A stretch of DNA of 64,000 bases from an uncultured delta proteobacterium (GTDB taxonomy: Bacteria; Desulfobacterota; RBG-13-43-22), in NCBI GenBank assembly GCA_963743305.1, contig CAVUPH010000006.1, positions 128,001 to 192,000 on the forward strand, written 5' to 3'. Made by a program: the position numbers and the translations under genes. The notes beneath the pieces were generated by a model. It did not search any database and was not told where the DNA came from. It saw only the letters and a list, made by a program, of their open reading frames with translations. This document shows, in pieces, positions 39,676-49,482 of this stretch (position 1 is the stretch's first letter; every line of letters starts with the position of its first letter).

Positions 39676-42000
39676 ATGAAAGGCTTCACACGAATTCTGG
39701 CGTTTTTGACCTTGCTTTTAACATCGCTCTATTCAGGCAACGCCTTCCCCGATCCCGGAGAACACGAGGACCGGACGCTCTCTCCCTTTTTCTTCATCAA
39801 AAGCGACAACCCGCGGGTAGATCAATTGCCGCTGAAATCCACTTCGGCTAAGGTGAACATCTCCGGGGTCATGGCGGATGTTTTGGTCACCCAGATCTAT
39901 AAAAATGAAGGCCGAAAACCCCTGGAGGCCATCTATATCTTTCCGGCCTCCACTCGGGCGGCGGTCTATGGTCTGAAAATGACCATCGGGAAACGGGTCA
40001 TCGAGGCCCGGATCCAAAAAAGAGCCGAGGCCCGGCGGACCTATGAACAGGCCCGGGAGCAGGGGAAAACAGCCTCTCTTCTGGAACAGCAACGGCCCAA
40101 TGTCTTTCAGATGAATGTGGCCAATATCCTGCCGGGGGAAGCCATCCAGGTGGAATTGAACTATACGGAATTGTTGGTGCCGACGGACCGGGTTTATGAA
40201 TTCGTGTATCCCACGGTGGTCGGGCCGCGTTATTCCAACCAGCCGACCGAGAAGGCCCCGCCCTCGGAGCATTGGGTGAAAAACCCTTATCTTCACCAGG
40301 GCGAAAATCCGCCTTATGCTTTTGATCTCTCCGTCAACCTGGCGGCCGGCATGCCCATCGCAGATCTGTCTTGCCCCTCCCATAAGGTGGAGACCCATTT
40401 CCCCAACCCTACCCTGGCCAAAGTGGCGTTGGATCGCTCCGAGACCCGGGGCGGGGATCGGGATTTTATCCTGCGCTACCGTTTGGCCGGAGGGCGGATC
40501 CAATCCGGCCTGCTGCTCGCTGAAGGGGAGAAAGAAAACTTTTTCCTGCTGATGATGCAGCCTCCCAAGCGGGTGGTCAAGGAACAGATACCTGGACGGG
40601 AATATATTTTTATCGTCGATGTCTCCGGGTCCATGCACGGCTTTCCCCTGGAGATCTCCAAGACTTTGTTGAAAAATCTGATCGGCCGGCTGCGTCCGGC
40701 GGACCGCTTCAATGTCCTGCTCTTCTCCGGCGGGTCCTCGCTGTTGGCTGAACAGTCCCTCGCGGCCGGCCAGGAAAATATCGACCGGGCGATCCGGCTC
40801 ATCGACCGCCAGCAGGGGGGCGGCGGCACGGAGCTGCTGCCGGCCCTCAAGCGGGCACTCTCCCTGGAAAAGCCTGAGGGCTATTCGCGAACCCTGGTAA
40901 TCGCCACCGACGGCTATGTCACCGTGGAAGAAGAAGTCTTTGATCTGATCCGGAAGAATATCGGACAGGCCAACCTCTTTGCCTTTGGAATCGGCAGCAG
41001 CGTCAACCGTCACCTCATTGAAGGAATGGCCCACGTGGGGCTGGGAGAACCCTTTATTCTCACCCGCCCGGAAGAAGCCGCCTCCCGGGCTGAACGGTTT
41101 CGGGAAATGATCCAATCGCCGCTGCTGACCCGGATCAAGGTCGACTTCAATGGATTTTCAGTGGCCGATGTTGAACCCGCCGGGGTTCCCGACCTTTTTG
41201 CCGAACGCCCCATCATCCTTTTTGGCAAATGGCGCGGACAGCCTCGGGGAAAGATTACCTTAACCGGCCTTTCGGGAGAGGGTCCCTTTCGGGAGGTCAT
41301 CGAGGTGAAAGGAATCACTTCGCTGCCAACCAACCGGGCACTGCGCTACCTCTGGGCCCGACAGCGAATAACAATCTTGTCGGACTTTAACCAGCTTCGG
41401 TCCGACGACCGCCGCATCCGGGAGATAACCGAACTCGGACTCACCTACAACCTTTTAACCGCCTATACCTCTTTTATAGCCGTGGATACGCAAATCCGAA
41501 ACCAGGGCGGGACTTCCTCTACGGTCAAACAACCCCTCCCCCTGCCCCAAGGAGTTTCCGATTATGCCCTGGGCGGGACTGGAAAGGTGGCGGGATTGGC
41601 GCCGATCAGGCCATCCGCCCGATTCGCTCCGGCCGAGTCCGCCGACTCGTCCCCTTTGAAAAGGGCTTTATTGAAAAACGAAGAAAAGGATCAGAAAAAC
41701 GGATTTGCGATGGAAGAAGTCAGGGTGTCCGGAAATTTGGCCAAAGAGGAGGTCCTTCGGGCCATTGGGAAGCAAACTCGTGAAATAAAAAGCTGCTTCC
41801 CGAACGGTTCCCACCCGGAAAGAATTATGATGAAGCTGACAATTAACGCGGATGGAACCGTAAGGGCGGTAGATTTTTTCCCCAAGATCGATGCCGGTAC
41901 CAGAAAATGCATTCTGGAAAAAGCGAAAGGGTGGATTTGCCCAGCCACTCGGGACGGTCTCCAGGGGGAAGTGTCCATAACCCTTGCCCCGGGGGTCTGA
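39676..42000 (+). CDS. exported VIT + vWA domain protein
   Basis: LEAIYIFP, SLLEQQRPNVF, MIDAS DVSGS, TDG, FGIG, LLTAYTSFIAVD. Confidence 0.92.
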   Translation: MKGFTRILAFLTLLLTSLYSGNAFPDPGEHEDRTLSPFFFIKSDNPRVDQLPLKSTSAKVNISGVMADVLVTQIYKNEGRKPLEAIYIFPASTRAAVYGLKMTIGKRVIEARIQKRAEARRTYEQAREQGKTASLLEQQRPNVFQMNVANILPGEAIQVELNYTELLVPTDRVYEFVYPTVVGPRYSNQPTEKAPPSEHWVKNPYLHQGENPPYAFDLSVNLAAGMPIADLSCPSHKVETHFPNPTLAKVALDRSETRGGDRDFILRYRLAGGRIQSGLLLAEGEKENFFLLMMQPPKRVVKEQIPGREYIFIVDVSGSMHGFPLEISKTLLKNLIGRLRPADRFNVLLFSGGSSLLAEQSLAAGQENIDRAIRLIDRQQGGGGTELLPALKRALSLEKPEGYSRTLVIATDGYVTVEEEVFDLIRKNIGQANLFAFGIGSSVNRHLIEGMAHVGLGEPFILTRPEEAASRAERFREMIQSPLLTRIKVDFNGFSVADVEPAGVPDLFAERPIILFGKWRGQPRGKITLTGLSGEGPFREVIEVKGITSLPTNRALRYLWARQRITILSDFNQLRSDDRRIREITELGLTYNLLTAYTSFIAVDTQIRNQGGTSSTVKQPLPLPQGVSDYALGGTGKVAGLAPIRPSARFAPAESADSSPLKRALLKNEEKDQKNGFAMEEVRVSGNLAKEEVLRAIGKQTREIKSCFPNGSHPERIMMKLTINADGTVRAVDFFPKIDAGTRKCILEKAKGWICPATRDGLQGEVSITLAPGV

Positions 42001-42149
42001 TAGCAAAAGGCCAGGGTTCATTGGCGCACCTTCGGCCCAGGAACCCTGGCCTTTCTTCTAGCTGTCTTAAATCCCCAAATCTGGGCCGGGGAATAAATTT
42101 AACGGGTCAAATTTCAAAATCCAAACGTTCTGGTTTAGGCCGGCGACGA

Positions 42150-42262
42150 GCCCTTCGACAAGACTTCGGCGAGCCCTTCGATTGACTCAGGGCCTTGAGC
42201 TAGCCGAAAGGCTCAGTCGAGTCGCTCAGGGCCTTGAGTTTGCCGAGAGGCTCGGCCGAGTC
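42150..42262. repeat. tandem palindromic repeats
   Basis: GAGCCCTTCGA x2; CTCAGGGCCTTGAG..TGCCGA.AGGCTC.G.CGAGTCG-like unit x2. Confidence 0.7.
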
Positions 42263-43500
42263 GATTTCGTGTTTCTTATTTCGAATTTACCGGTCCCCTT
42301 ACCCATAAAACCGGGTTTCCTCCCGAAAGATTTCTTTTCATACTCAAAACTCGGGACTGTTTTGCGGGCGATTCTTTTCTCATAATCGAATCCCGGGACT
42401 GTTTTGCGAGGTAAACGCTGGCCAAGGCTCTGCTCGATGGACCGGAACATTCTCTCTTCGTCCGGCGCAACGAGGGTGCAGGCATCGCCGGTGGCGTTGG
42501 CCCGCCCGGTCCGGCCGACCCGATGCACATAGTCTTCCGCCTGGCCCGGCACGTCAAAGTTGCAGACCAGCCCGATGGCTTCCACGTCAATGCCCCGGGC
42601 CGCGATGTCCGTGGCTACCAGGACCTGGAAGCGGCCCGCCTTGAAGCCGGCCAGGGCTTCGGTCCGTTGACCCTGGCTACGGTTGCCGTGAATCCGGCCG
42701 CAACGTACTCCCTTTTTTTCCAGGAAGTCGGCCAGACGATTGGCCCGGTGCTTGGTCCGGGTAAAGGCCAGGACGCTCTTCGGCTGGTCCTGCTTCAGGA
42801 GGGCCAGCAGGAGGTTCGATTTCATTTCCTGAGGTATAGTGTAGGCCACTTGGGTAATCCCGGCCGCCGACATGGGTTTCGGGGTGATGTTTAGAGAAAC
42901 CGGATCCTTCAGCATCTCGCGGGCCAGGGTTACTATGGGTGGCGGCAAGGTGGCCGAAAAGAAAAGGGTCTGCCTCTTAACCGGGAGGCCTCCGAGGATA
43001 CGCCGAATATCGGGCAGAAAGCCCATATCGAGCATCCGGTCCGCCTCGTCCAGCACCAGATGGGTAATACCGTCCAGGCGGGCGTAGTCACTCCGCATAT
43101 GGTCAAGGAGCCGACCCGGGGTGGCGATAATGGCATCCACCTTTCGGCGAAAAGCTTGTACCTGCGGAACGGGAGAGACACCCCCGTAAACCGCCATGGC
43201 CTTAAGCGAAGTATAGCGGGCCAGGTCCTGTAGGTGATCCGTTATCTGCACGGCCAGTTCCCGAGTGGGGACCAGGACCAAAACCCTGGTTTTCCCCCGG
43301 GGCTGCCCGATCAGTTGGTGGAGGATGGGGAGCAGGAAGGCGGCGGTTTTGCCGCTTCCGGTCACCGCCGTAGCCATGATATCCCGGCCTTGGAGCAGTG
43401 GGGGGATGGCCAGCCGCTGGATCGGGGTAGGTTGCTCGAATCCTTTTTTCGCAATGGCTTTCAATAGGTTATGGTTAAGTTCAAAAGCTGTAAATGACAT
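42226..43500 (-). CDS. rhlE: DEAD-box RNA helicase (RhlE-like)
   Basis: PTPIQ, TGSGKT, PTREL, DEAD, SAT, HRVGRTGR. Confidence 0.9.
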   Translation of the reverse strand: MSFTAFELNHNLLKAIAKKGFEQPTPIQRLAIPPLLQGRDIMATAVTGSGKTAAFLLPILHQLIGQPRGKTRVLVLVPTRELAVQITDHLQDLARYTSLKAMAVYGGVSPVPQVQAFRRKVDAIIATPGRLLDHMRSDYARLDGITHLVLDEADRMLDMGFLPDIRRILGGLPVKRQTLFFSATLPPPIVTLAREMLKDPVSLNITPKPMSAAGITQVAYTIPQEMKSNLLLALLKQDQPKSVLAFTRTKHRANRLADFLEKKGVRCGRIHGNRSQGQRTEALAGFKAGRFQVLVATDIAARGIDVEAIGLVCNFDVPGQAEDYVHRVGRTGRANATGDACTLVAPDEERMFRSIEQSLGQRLPRKTVPGFDYEKRIARKTVPSFEYEKKSFGRKPGFMGKGTGKFEIRNTKSTRPSLSANSRP

Positions 43501-43737
43501 AATTCTCCTTTTTCCACGGGCAATCTAGACCTGAACAGGCAGGTCCGGCCCGAGAGATTAATCCGGCTGGTTCATTTGGAAGTCGTGGGACTTTAAATAA
43601 GAAAAACGGAGGGATTGCCGGTGAAGCCGCCGTTCAGGCTCTGCTGTTCCACTTGGTCTTGCGAAGTGCGCCAAAGGCTAAAGGCTGACGGGTTAGGCTT
43701 CCGGAGCTTTAGGCAAGAACTGATTTATTAATTTTCT

Positions 43738-43766
43738 AAAATACAACAAGCCTGAGTAGATGTCAA
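43738..43766 (-). promoter_or_regulatory. sigma70-type promoter for the helicase
   Basis: TTGACA-17 nt-TATTTT on minus strand. Confidence 0.55.
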
Positions 43767-43827
43767 GGTAAAACCGCTTTGCCGATCAGCGGGTCATTAT
43801 TGATGGCCCCATTTTTTATAGGCAACT

Positions 43828-43869
43828 AATAAAAAAGGGTGGATCTATAAGGATCCACCCTTTTTTATT
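43828..43869. terminator. intrinsic terminator
   Basis: AATAAAAAAGGGTGGATC-TATAAG-GATCCACCCTTTTTTATT. Confidence 0.85.
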
Positions 43870-43888
43870 AGTTGCCTTGGGAAAGGAA

Positions 43889-44173
43889 TTACTTCTTTTC
43901 CATCGGGGCTGCGGGGGCTTTCTCTTCAGCCGGCTTTTCAGCGGCCGGAGTAGCCTTCTTGACCTTCTTCTTCTTGGCCGGGGCCTTCTTCTTCTTGGCC
44001 GGGGCCTTCATTTCTCCTTCAGCCTTGGGCTCGGCAGCCGGCTTTTCAGCAGCAGCAGCGGGAGCGGCGGCGGCCGGAGCCGCTTTCTCAGCAGCCTTAT
44101 CGGCGGCGAAAGCAGCCATCGAGAAAGTCAAAGCAAAAGCCAAAACCGTCATTAAAGCGAATAACTTTTTCAT
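43889..44173 (-). CDS. small exported Ala/Lys/Pro-rich protein
   Basis: AAGGAGGTG RBS, signal peptide ending AFA, low-complexity KAPAKKKK repeats. Confidence 0.85.
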   Translation of the reverse strand: MKKLFALMTVLAFALTFSMAAFAADKAAEKAAPAAAAPAAAAEKPAAEPKAEGEMKAPAKKKKAPAKKKKVKKATPAAEKPAEEKAPAAPMEKK

Positions 44174-44257
44174 AGATTTCCACCTCCTTTCCTCTAAATT
44201 AAACTTTTTCATGAGCCGTGAAGCGCTATGAACGTTTTGTGTTTTGACCATATAGTA

Positions 44258-44273
44258 AGCAATCACTATGCCA
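44258..44273 (-). promoter_or_regulatory. sigma54 promoter
   Basis: TGGCATAGTGATTGCT on minus strand. Confidence 0.75.
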
Positions 44274-44492
44274 AATTGGAAACAATAAATACTTATAGCT
44301 AAATCGACATCTTATCAAAGTGGTGGATTCAGACGAGTCTTCCGGGAAGGGCTATTTTTCTATTTTTTGGAATATTACCGATTTCTAATGAAATATTGTC
44401 TATATTTTGGAATCACCATTGCAAAAAATGATTGACGAGAATTAGAATAACCGGGAAGTATATTCACGAACACCGGTGAAAAGGAGGTGCCC

Positions 44493-45053
44493 ATGTTATC
44501 CCTGGTAGTAGTCCTGGCCCTTTCAGGTCTAATCGTCCTTTCCATAATTGTGATCTACAATAAGTTGATCCGGCTCAAAAACACTGTCCAATCGTCCTGG
44601 TCGGATGTGGATGTCCAGTTAAAAAAACGGTACGACCTGGTGCAGAACCTGGTTGAAACCGTTAAAGGATACGCCGCCCATGAGAAATCGGTCTTTCAAA
44701 AAGTGACGGAAGCCCGCTCCCAAGCTATGCAGACCGCCGGCCCTACTGAAAAAGCTTTGGCTGAAACCCAGTTCCAGGCAACACTTAAAACCCTCTTTGC
44801 CCTAGCCGAGGCCTACCCGGATCTGAAGGCCAGTGCCAATTTTACCCAGTTGCAGTCCCAGCTTCAATCCCTGGAAGGCGATATTGAGAATGCGCGGCGT
44901 TACTACAATGCCGTCGTTCGGGATTACAACATCCTGATTGAGTCTTTTCCTTCCAACCTCGTCGCCTCCGGATTCAAGTTTGAAAAATCGGACTTTTTCG
45001 AATTGCAGTCGCCGGAAACGGAACGTCAACCGGTGAAAGTCGGCTTTTCGTAA
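44493..45053 (+). CDS. lemA: LemA family protein
   Basis: YNKL, VQLKKRYDL, AEAYPDLKA, RRYYN, FPSNLVA. Confidence 0.93.
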   Translation: MLSLVVVLALSGLIVLSIIVIYNKLIRLKNTVQSSWSDVDVQLKKRYDLVQNLVETVKGYAAHEKSVFQKVTEARSQAMQTAGPTEKALAETQFQATLKTLFALAEAYPDLKASANFTQLQSQLQSLEGDIENARRYYNAVVRDYNILIESFPSNLVASGFKFEKSDFFELQSPETERQPVKVGFS

Positions 45054-45270
45054 GGCTGCCGAATGGTAGGGCGTCATCACCGACACTGGGTTGTCGTTTC
45101 AATCTACCCAACCTACAGCTTCTACCAGGAACCGCCGGACTGGGATTCCTCCGGCGACGGTTTTGGCGGAGGAAGCTGGTAAGTTTCTTCCCGCCAAAAA
45201 TTGGCAGCCCCTCGTCAACTTTTTGCGCCGCCGTCCCTTCCGGCCCCTGGGGCCAATCCTTCCATCATTT

Positions 45271-45338
45271 TAACTAATTGATATAAATACAAATCTTATT
45301 TTATTAGACTGTCGGCCCAAGTTGGTACTGGTATTGCA
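45271..45338 (+). promoter_or_regulatory. IHF site + sigma54 promoter of pilA
   Basis: 45271-45283 reverse = TATCAATTAGTTA (WATCAANNNNTTR); 45323-45338 TGGTACTGGTATTGCA. Confidence 0.8.
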
Positions 45339-45546
45339 TTTACGAAAGGCAACAACCAACGGTCTAATACCTAACAGATAAATTGTAAAACCAAATGATA
45401 GAAGGGGGTGAGGGAAACAGGCAGCGCGTTCAGATCCATCAGGTTGGGGAGAGGGTCACTTTAATTGGTAAGCATGGTCAGCCCTTAAAGTCTTTAAAAA
45501 ATAAACCGATAAAACAATAAAAAATCATTCTAAGGAGGAACAAAAA

Positions 45547-45945
45547 ATGATCAAGCAATTAAACAAGAAGAGGAATCAAAAAGGTTTTACCCTGGTGGAA
45601 CTTTTGGTGGTAGTCGCCATCATCGGTATTCTGGCCGCCATTGCCATTCCGCAGTATAACCAGTACCGGAGCCGAGCATTTATCGCCTCAGCCAAATCGG
45701 ATGCCAAGAACCTCTTCACCGCCGTTCAGGCCTTTATCTCCGACAATCCGGGTGCTGCCCTGGTAGCCGATACCAGCACGAACGGCGCGGCCTACGCCAC
45801 GTATCTCTCGGCCGGCAGGACCAGCCCGTCAGTTACTTGCGCGGTTGATGCGAATGGGGTGGTCACGGCCACCACTACCAATGCCGGCGGGAGTTATATT
45901 ATCGATGCCAATGGTACGGTGACGAACACTCTGGCGCCTCATTAA
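45547..45945 (+). CDS. pilA: type IVa major pilin
   Basis: KG|[22 protein letters not shown]; TAAGGAGG RBS; sigma54 promoter. Confidence 0.92.
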   Translation: MIKQLNKKRNQKGFTLVELLVVVAIIGILAAIAIPQYNQYRSRAFIASAKSDAKNLFTAVQAFISDNPGAALVADTSTNGAAYATYLSAGRTSPSVTCAVDANGVVTATTTNAGGSYIIDANGTVTNTLAPH

Positions 45946-46036
45946 TCGATTCATGCCGGTCATAGCGGGCCTTTTCCACTCAATCGCTGCCGATGGTACG
46001 GTGGTGAGCACTTTGCCGCCCTGATAAAAAAACCTT

Positions 46037-46074
46037 CAAAAGTGCCCGGAGAATCTTCCCCGGGCACTTTTTTA
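46037..46074 (+). terminator. intrinsic terminator after pilA
   Basis: AAAAGTGCCCGG...CCGGGCACTTTTTT. Confidence 0.85.
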
Positions 46075-46139
46075 TTTTACCTCCTTCACTTTCCTCCGGC
46101 TCTCGTCTTATAGAATTTTTTCGATCTTTTTCAAGGCGC

Positions 46140-46832
46140 TTATCCTTGATGTGTTGGCAAAAAGTCCAAAGAGACCTGTGATTGCGGCCCCGGACTTGAT
46201 CCGGAGGGAATGCAGATCCGCCACCTATGGTAACTATCTTCAATTGACTTAAACAGGGGATTGGCATTCATCAGTCGGATGATCAGATCAACGCTTCGAA
46301 ACAAATCCCCGGCCACAAAGAAGTTGCTGCCGGGGTCATCCCGTTGGAATATCTTCTTCAACGTTTCGCGGCCTTGCCCGGTTTGAACCAAAATGGTTCG
46401 GCAGCCCACCCCTTTCCCCGCCTCCAAATCCTTGAGGGTATCGCCCACAAAGACGCATTTTTTCAAATTCAAACGGTGCTCCCGGGCGGCCTGTTTCAAC
46501 AGGGCGGTCCCGGGCTTGCGGCACTCGCAGCCTTCATCCGGGCGGTGCGGGCAATAATAGATCCCGGCTATTTCTCCCCCGGCCCGGGCGACTTCCCGGG
46601 TCATCTTGCGGTGCAGGCTATCCAAGGCCTCCCGGGTGAGGATCCCCCGGTTGATTACCGATTGATTGGTGATGATCAGCACGGGTATTCCAGCCTCCCG
46701 CAAGGCGCGCAAGGCCGCCTTGACCCCGGGAATAAACCGGAATTCCTCCCAGCTTTTGACATAATCCGCCCGATCCCGGCAAATTACCCCGTCACGGTCT
46801 AAGAAAAGAACACGATTCATTTGGTCTATCAT
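46140..46832 (-). CDS. gmhB: heptose 1,7-bisphosphate phosphatase
   Basis: FLDRDGVI, ITNQS, CPH...CECRKP, VGD. Confidence 0.9.
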   Translation of the reverse strand: MIDQMNRVLFLDRDGVICRDRADYVKSWEEFRFIPGVKAALRALREAGIPVLIITNQSVINRGILTREALDSLHRKMTREVARAGGEIAGIYYCPHRPDEGCECRKPGTALLKQAAREHRLNLKKCVFVGDTLKDLEAGKGVGCRTILVQTGQGRETLKKIFQRDDPGSNFFVAGDLFRSVDLIIRLMNANPLFKSIEDSYHRWRICIPSGSSPGPQSQVSLDFLPTHQG

Positions 46833-47215
46833 TTTTCTTATTAAACCTCCATGCCCGGAGCGGACACCCTCGAAGTATGAAAATCCCCCCCCTTTGCCAA
46901 AGGGGGGAGTTAAATTCCCCCTTTAGCAAAGGGGGATTTAGGGGGATTTCAAAAGGGTTGGAATAACCACCGAATCTTCTATTTTCGTATTAAATGCAAC
47001 CTTTAATAAAAGCTGTATTTTCTTGACATCATGATACGTTCGGATAGTATTTTTTCCGGGTACTTTGGAATTAGTTTAACTTTTCCCCAATCTTTCAAAA
47101 ATCCCCCTACCCCCCCTTTATCAAAGTGGGGAACCCTACCATCAGACCCCTCCCTTCAATAAAGGGAGGTTGGGAGGGATTTTTTGATTCATTCTTTCGA
47201 AAGGAACCTTGCCTT

Positions 47216-47866
47216 ATGGACTTATTTCAAGCCATCGAAAACCGCACCAGTTGCCGGGTCTTTTTGCCCGAGCCCGTTCCCAGGGAGTTAATCCGGGAGT
47301 TGCTCTCCTGGGCCGGGAAAGCCCCCTCGGCCATCAATGTCCAGCCCTGGGAATTCGTAGTGGTCACCGACCGGGAAAGAGATCGTCTGGTCCAGCGTCT
47401 TCTCCAGGCCCACCGGGAAAAGCAAGTTTCCTGCGGGGCCGGGACGTCTCGCCCTCTTCCGGAGCCCTGGATCGGTCGCCAGCGCCGGCTTTTTGCCGGG
47501 ATGAAACCTGTCGCCGAACAGCTTTCCCTGGATTTGAATCACTTCATCGGCGAGGGGAGCTGCCGCTTTTACGAAGCGCCGGCGGTGCTGCTGGTTTTTC
47601 TAGACCGTCTCTTCCCCGCTTCCCGGATGGTCTGCGTGGGGATGGCCCTGGGCTATTTCCTGCTGGCCGCTCAGGCCAAAGGCCTGGGTACCTGCCCGAT
47701 CGGGTTGATCAACGCTTATGAAGAAGAAATCAAAGAACAGCTCAACGTCCCGGAGGAGAAACAAATGCTCCTGGGAATTGCTTTGGGCTACCGGGATCCC
47801 CAATCCCCTCTGAACCAATTTAAATCCGATCGGGATGATATGGAAAAAATGATTCGTTGGATTTAA
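47216..47866 (+). CDS. nitroreductase family protein
   Basis: AIENRTSCR, APSAINVQPW, GLGTC, IALGY. Confidence 0.92.
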   Translation: MDLFQAIENRTSCRVFLPEPVPRELIRELLSWAGKAPSAINVQPWEFVVVTDRERDRLVQRLLQAHREKQVSCGAGTSRPLPEPWIGRQRRLFAGMKPVAEQLSLDLNHFIGEGSCRFYEAPAVLLVFLDRLFPASRMVCVGMALGYFLLAAQAKGLGTCPIGLINAYEEEIKEQLNVPEEKQMLLGIALGYRDPQSPLNQFKSDRDDMEKMIRWI

Positions 47867-47963
47867 TTTGGAAAAAATAATTCCATTCGGTCTTCGGCCT
47901 GGGGTCCATCTTTAATATAGCTGTGTCCCTCACGGTCTTAGAGGGCGTAATCCTGAAAAATTT

Positions 47964-48107
47964 AACTTCGAACATCGAACGTCCAACATCGAACATCGAA
48001 TGTTTATTGGAAAAAGATGAAGAAACAGGAATAGGCGCAGAGTGTCCGGCAATGGAGGTTTGTTTTTCATTCGAAGTTGGACGTTCGATGTTCGAAGTTC
48101 GACGTTC
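47964..48107. repeat. inverted arrays of 7-bp units (TCGAACA)
   Basis: AACTTCGAACATCGAACGTCCAACATCGAA...TTCGAAGTTGGACGTTCGATGTTCGAAGTT; same as outer shell at 52970-53237. Confidence 0.85.
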
Positions 48108-48172
48108 ATTGGTTTTGCCAAATTGGGTTCCCGCCCCGAGCCTGGGAGTTTAATGCGAAATCTGTAATTCCT

Positions 48173-48841
48173 TCACTTCAACGCCTTGACCTCCTGATCC
48201 AGCCGGGCAAAAAATCGGACCATAAAAAGGTGCCGGCTTTCAGCCAGGGCCTTCCCGGTCCGGGTTTGCATGCGATCCTTGACTTTCCTCAGTTTTACCT
48301 GAAATTCTCTGAAGGCGGTATCCTCCCAACTGTAGGAAACGGTCAGGGAAAGGTCTTTATGGGCATTGTGCAGCCTGGCCCCTACTTCCCCGGCAAACAA
48401 AAAGGCCCGTCCCACGCCCACGGCCCCGAGGGAGTCCAGCTTATCCGCATCAAAGAGGATCCGGGCTTCCAGACTGTCCGGGGGATGATTCCCTCTGAAG
48501 CGGTGGCTGCGAATACAGTGAATCACCGCCCGCCGGGTACCGGGGGAAAGGTTAAGGGGAGTCAGGATTTCAGCGGCTTTGCGGGCGCCGACCCGGGCAT
48601 GACAGACCTTCCCCTTAGAGGCCTTCTCCTCCTGCCGCCCGATATCGTGCAGCAGGGCGGCCAATCCCAGTATGGTCAAATCGGCCTTTTCTTTCCGGCC
48701 GATCTTCTGGCACAATTCATAAACCCGCCGCACATGGTCCCAACCGTGGCTGCCTGGACCTTGTCCAACGGCCTTCCGGGCAATTTCTTTTATGATGTTC
48801 CAGTCCGCCTCCGCGAGCCGGATCTTGGTCAAACGGTGCAT
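48173..48841 (-). CDS. HD-domain phosphohydrolase
   Basis: HGWDHVRRV, LLHDIG, DADKLD. Confidence 0.9.
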   Translation of the reverse strand: MHRLTKIRLAEADWNIIKEIARKAVGQGPGSHGWDHVRRVYELCQKIGRKEKADLTILGLAALLHDIGRQEEKASKGKVCHARVGARKAAEILTPLNLSPGTRRAVIHCIRSHRFRGNHPPDSLEARILFDADKLDSLGAVGVGRAFLFAGEVGARLHNAHKDLSLTVSYSWEDTAFREFQVKLRKVKDRMQTRTGKALAESRHLFMVRFFARLDQEVKALK

Positions 48842-49040
48842 AGTCGCTCAATCACTTAAGAAAATGAATTACCCCAGCCGAAATTTTGGAAATTTTTAGC
48901 CGCAGACCAAGGCGGGGCAGGGTCGCGGCGACTTGCTCGGCTAAGAAAAATAGTCCGCCTTGGTCCGCGTGCGTCCGCGGCAAAAAAAGGTTCAATAAAG
49001 AGGGGGATTGACCGGCGGAAAGGGCGAAAGCCCGGGAGAT

Positions 49041-49454
49041 TTATCGGATCTTTAGTTGATCCAGAAAACGCTTTTCGTAAGGTCCGGTTTCCGACAATTG
49101 GATCCAAGAGTTATCCGGATTCAAGCCTTTGACCACAGCCTGGCAAGTGATCTTAGTCGTCAACGCCTCTCGGCATTTCATTTCCAGCCGGTACCGTTCC
49201 TCAACTCTTTTATAGCCATCACCCGGCAGGGGATCATTTTGTACCGGCCCGGTTTCAATAAGACCCTGCGCCGGATCTACTTTCAGTACGGGAATTCGCA
49301 ACCGTTTTAGTTCCTGCTGGACCTTATCTCCCACGCTGTCGCAGGGGATATCACTGACGATCAGGTTAAGACCCGACTCCTGCCGGACCTCCTGACAGGT
49401 CGCTGCCATGGAGACGAAGGAAGCCAAAACGACCAGAAGCAGGATCAGTCGCAT
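49041..49454 (-). CDS. putative lipoprotein
   Basis: Signal peptide ending AATC; GAGGGG RBS. Confidence 0.7.
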   Translation of the reverse strand: MRLILLLVVLASFVSMAATCQEVRQESGLNLIVSDIPCDSVGDKVQQELKRLRIPVLKVDPAQGLIETGPVQNDPLPGDGYKRVEERYRLEMKCREALTTKITCQAVVKGLNPDNSWIQLSETGPYEKRFLDQLKIR

Positions 49455-49482
49455 GGTTGAACCCCTCGCCGCCTATCCGTCA

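Noticed and set aside
37024-41115. Long antisense ORFs 37024-38253 and 39733-41115 (also 14105-14830, 18486-19265, 60829-61572)
   Set aside because: Shadow frames of motif-supported genes in GC-rich DNA.
45901-46027. pilA tail duplication as a DGR template/variable pair
   Set aside because: Only 45 bp, mismatches are not restricted to adenines of the downstream copy, and no reverse transcriptase is in the window.
47964-48107. Heptamer arrays and other repeats as CRISPR
   Set aside because: 7-bp units in inverted blocks, no repeat-spacer periodicity, no cas genes in the window.
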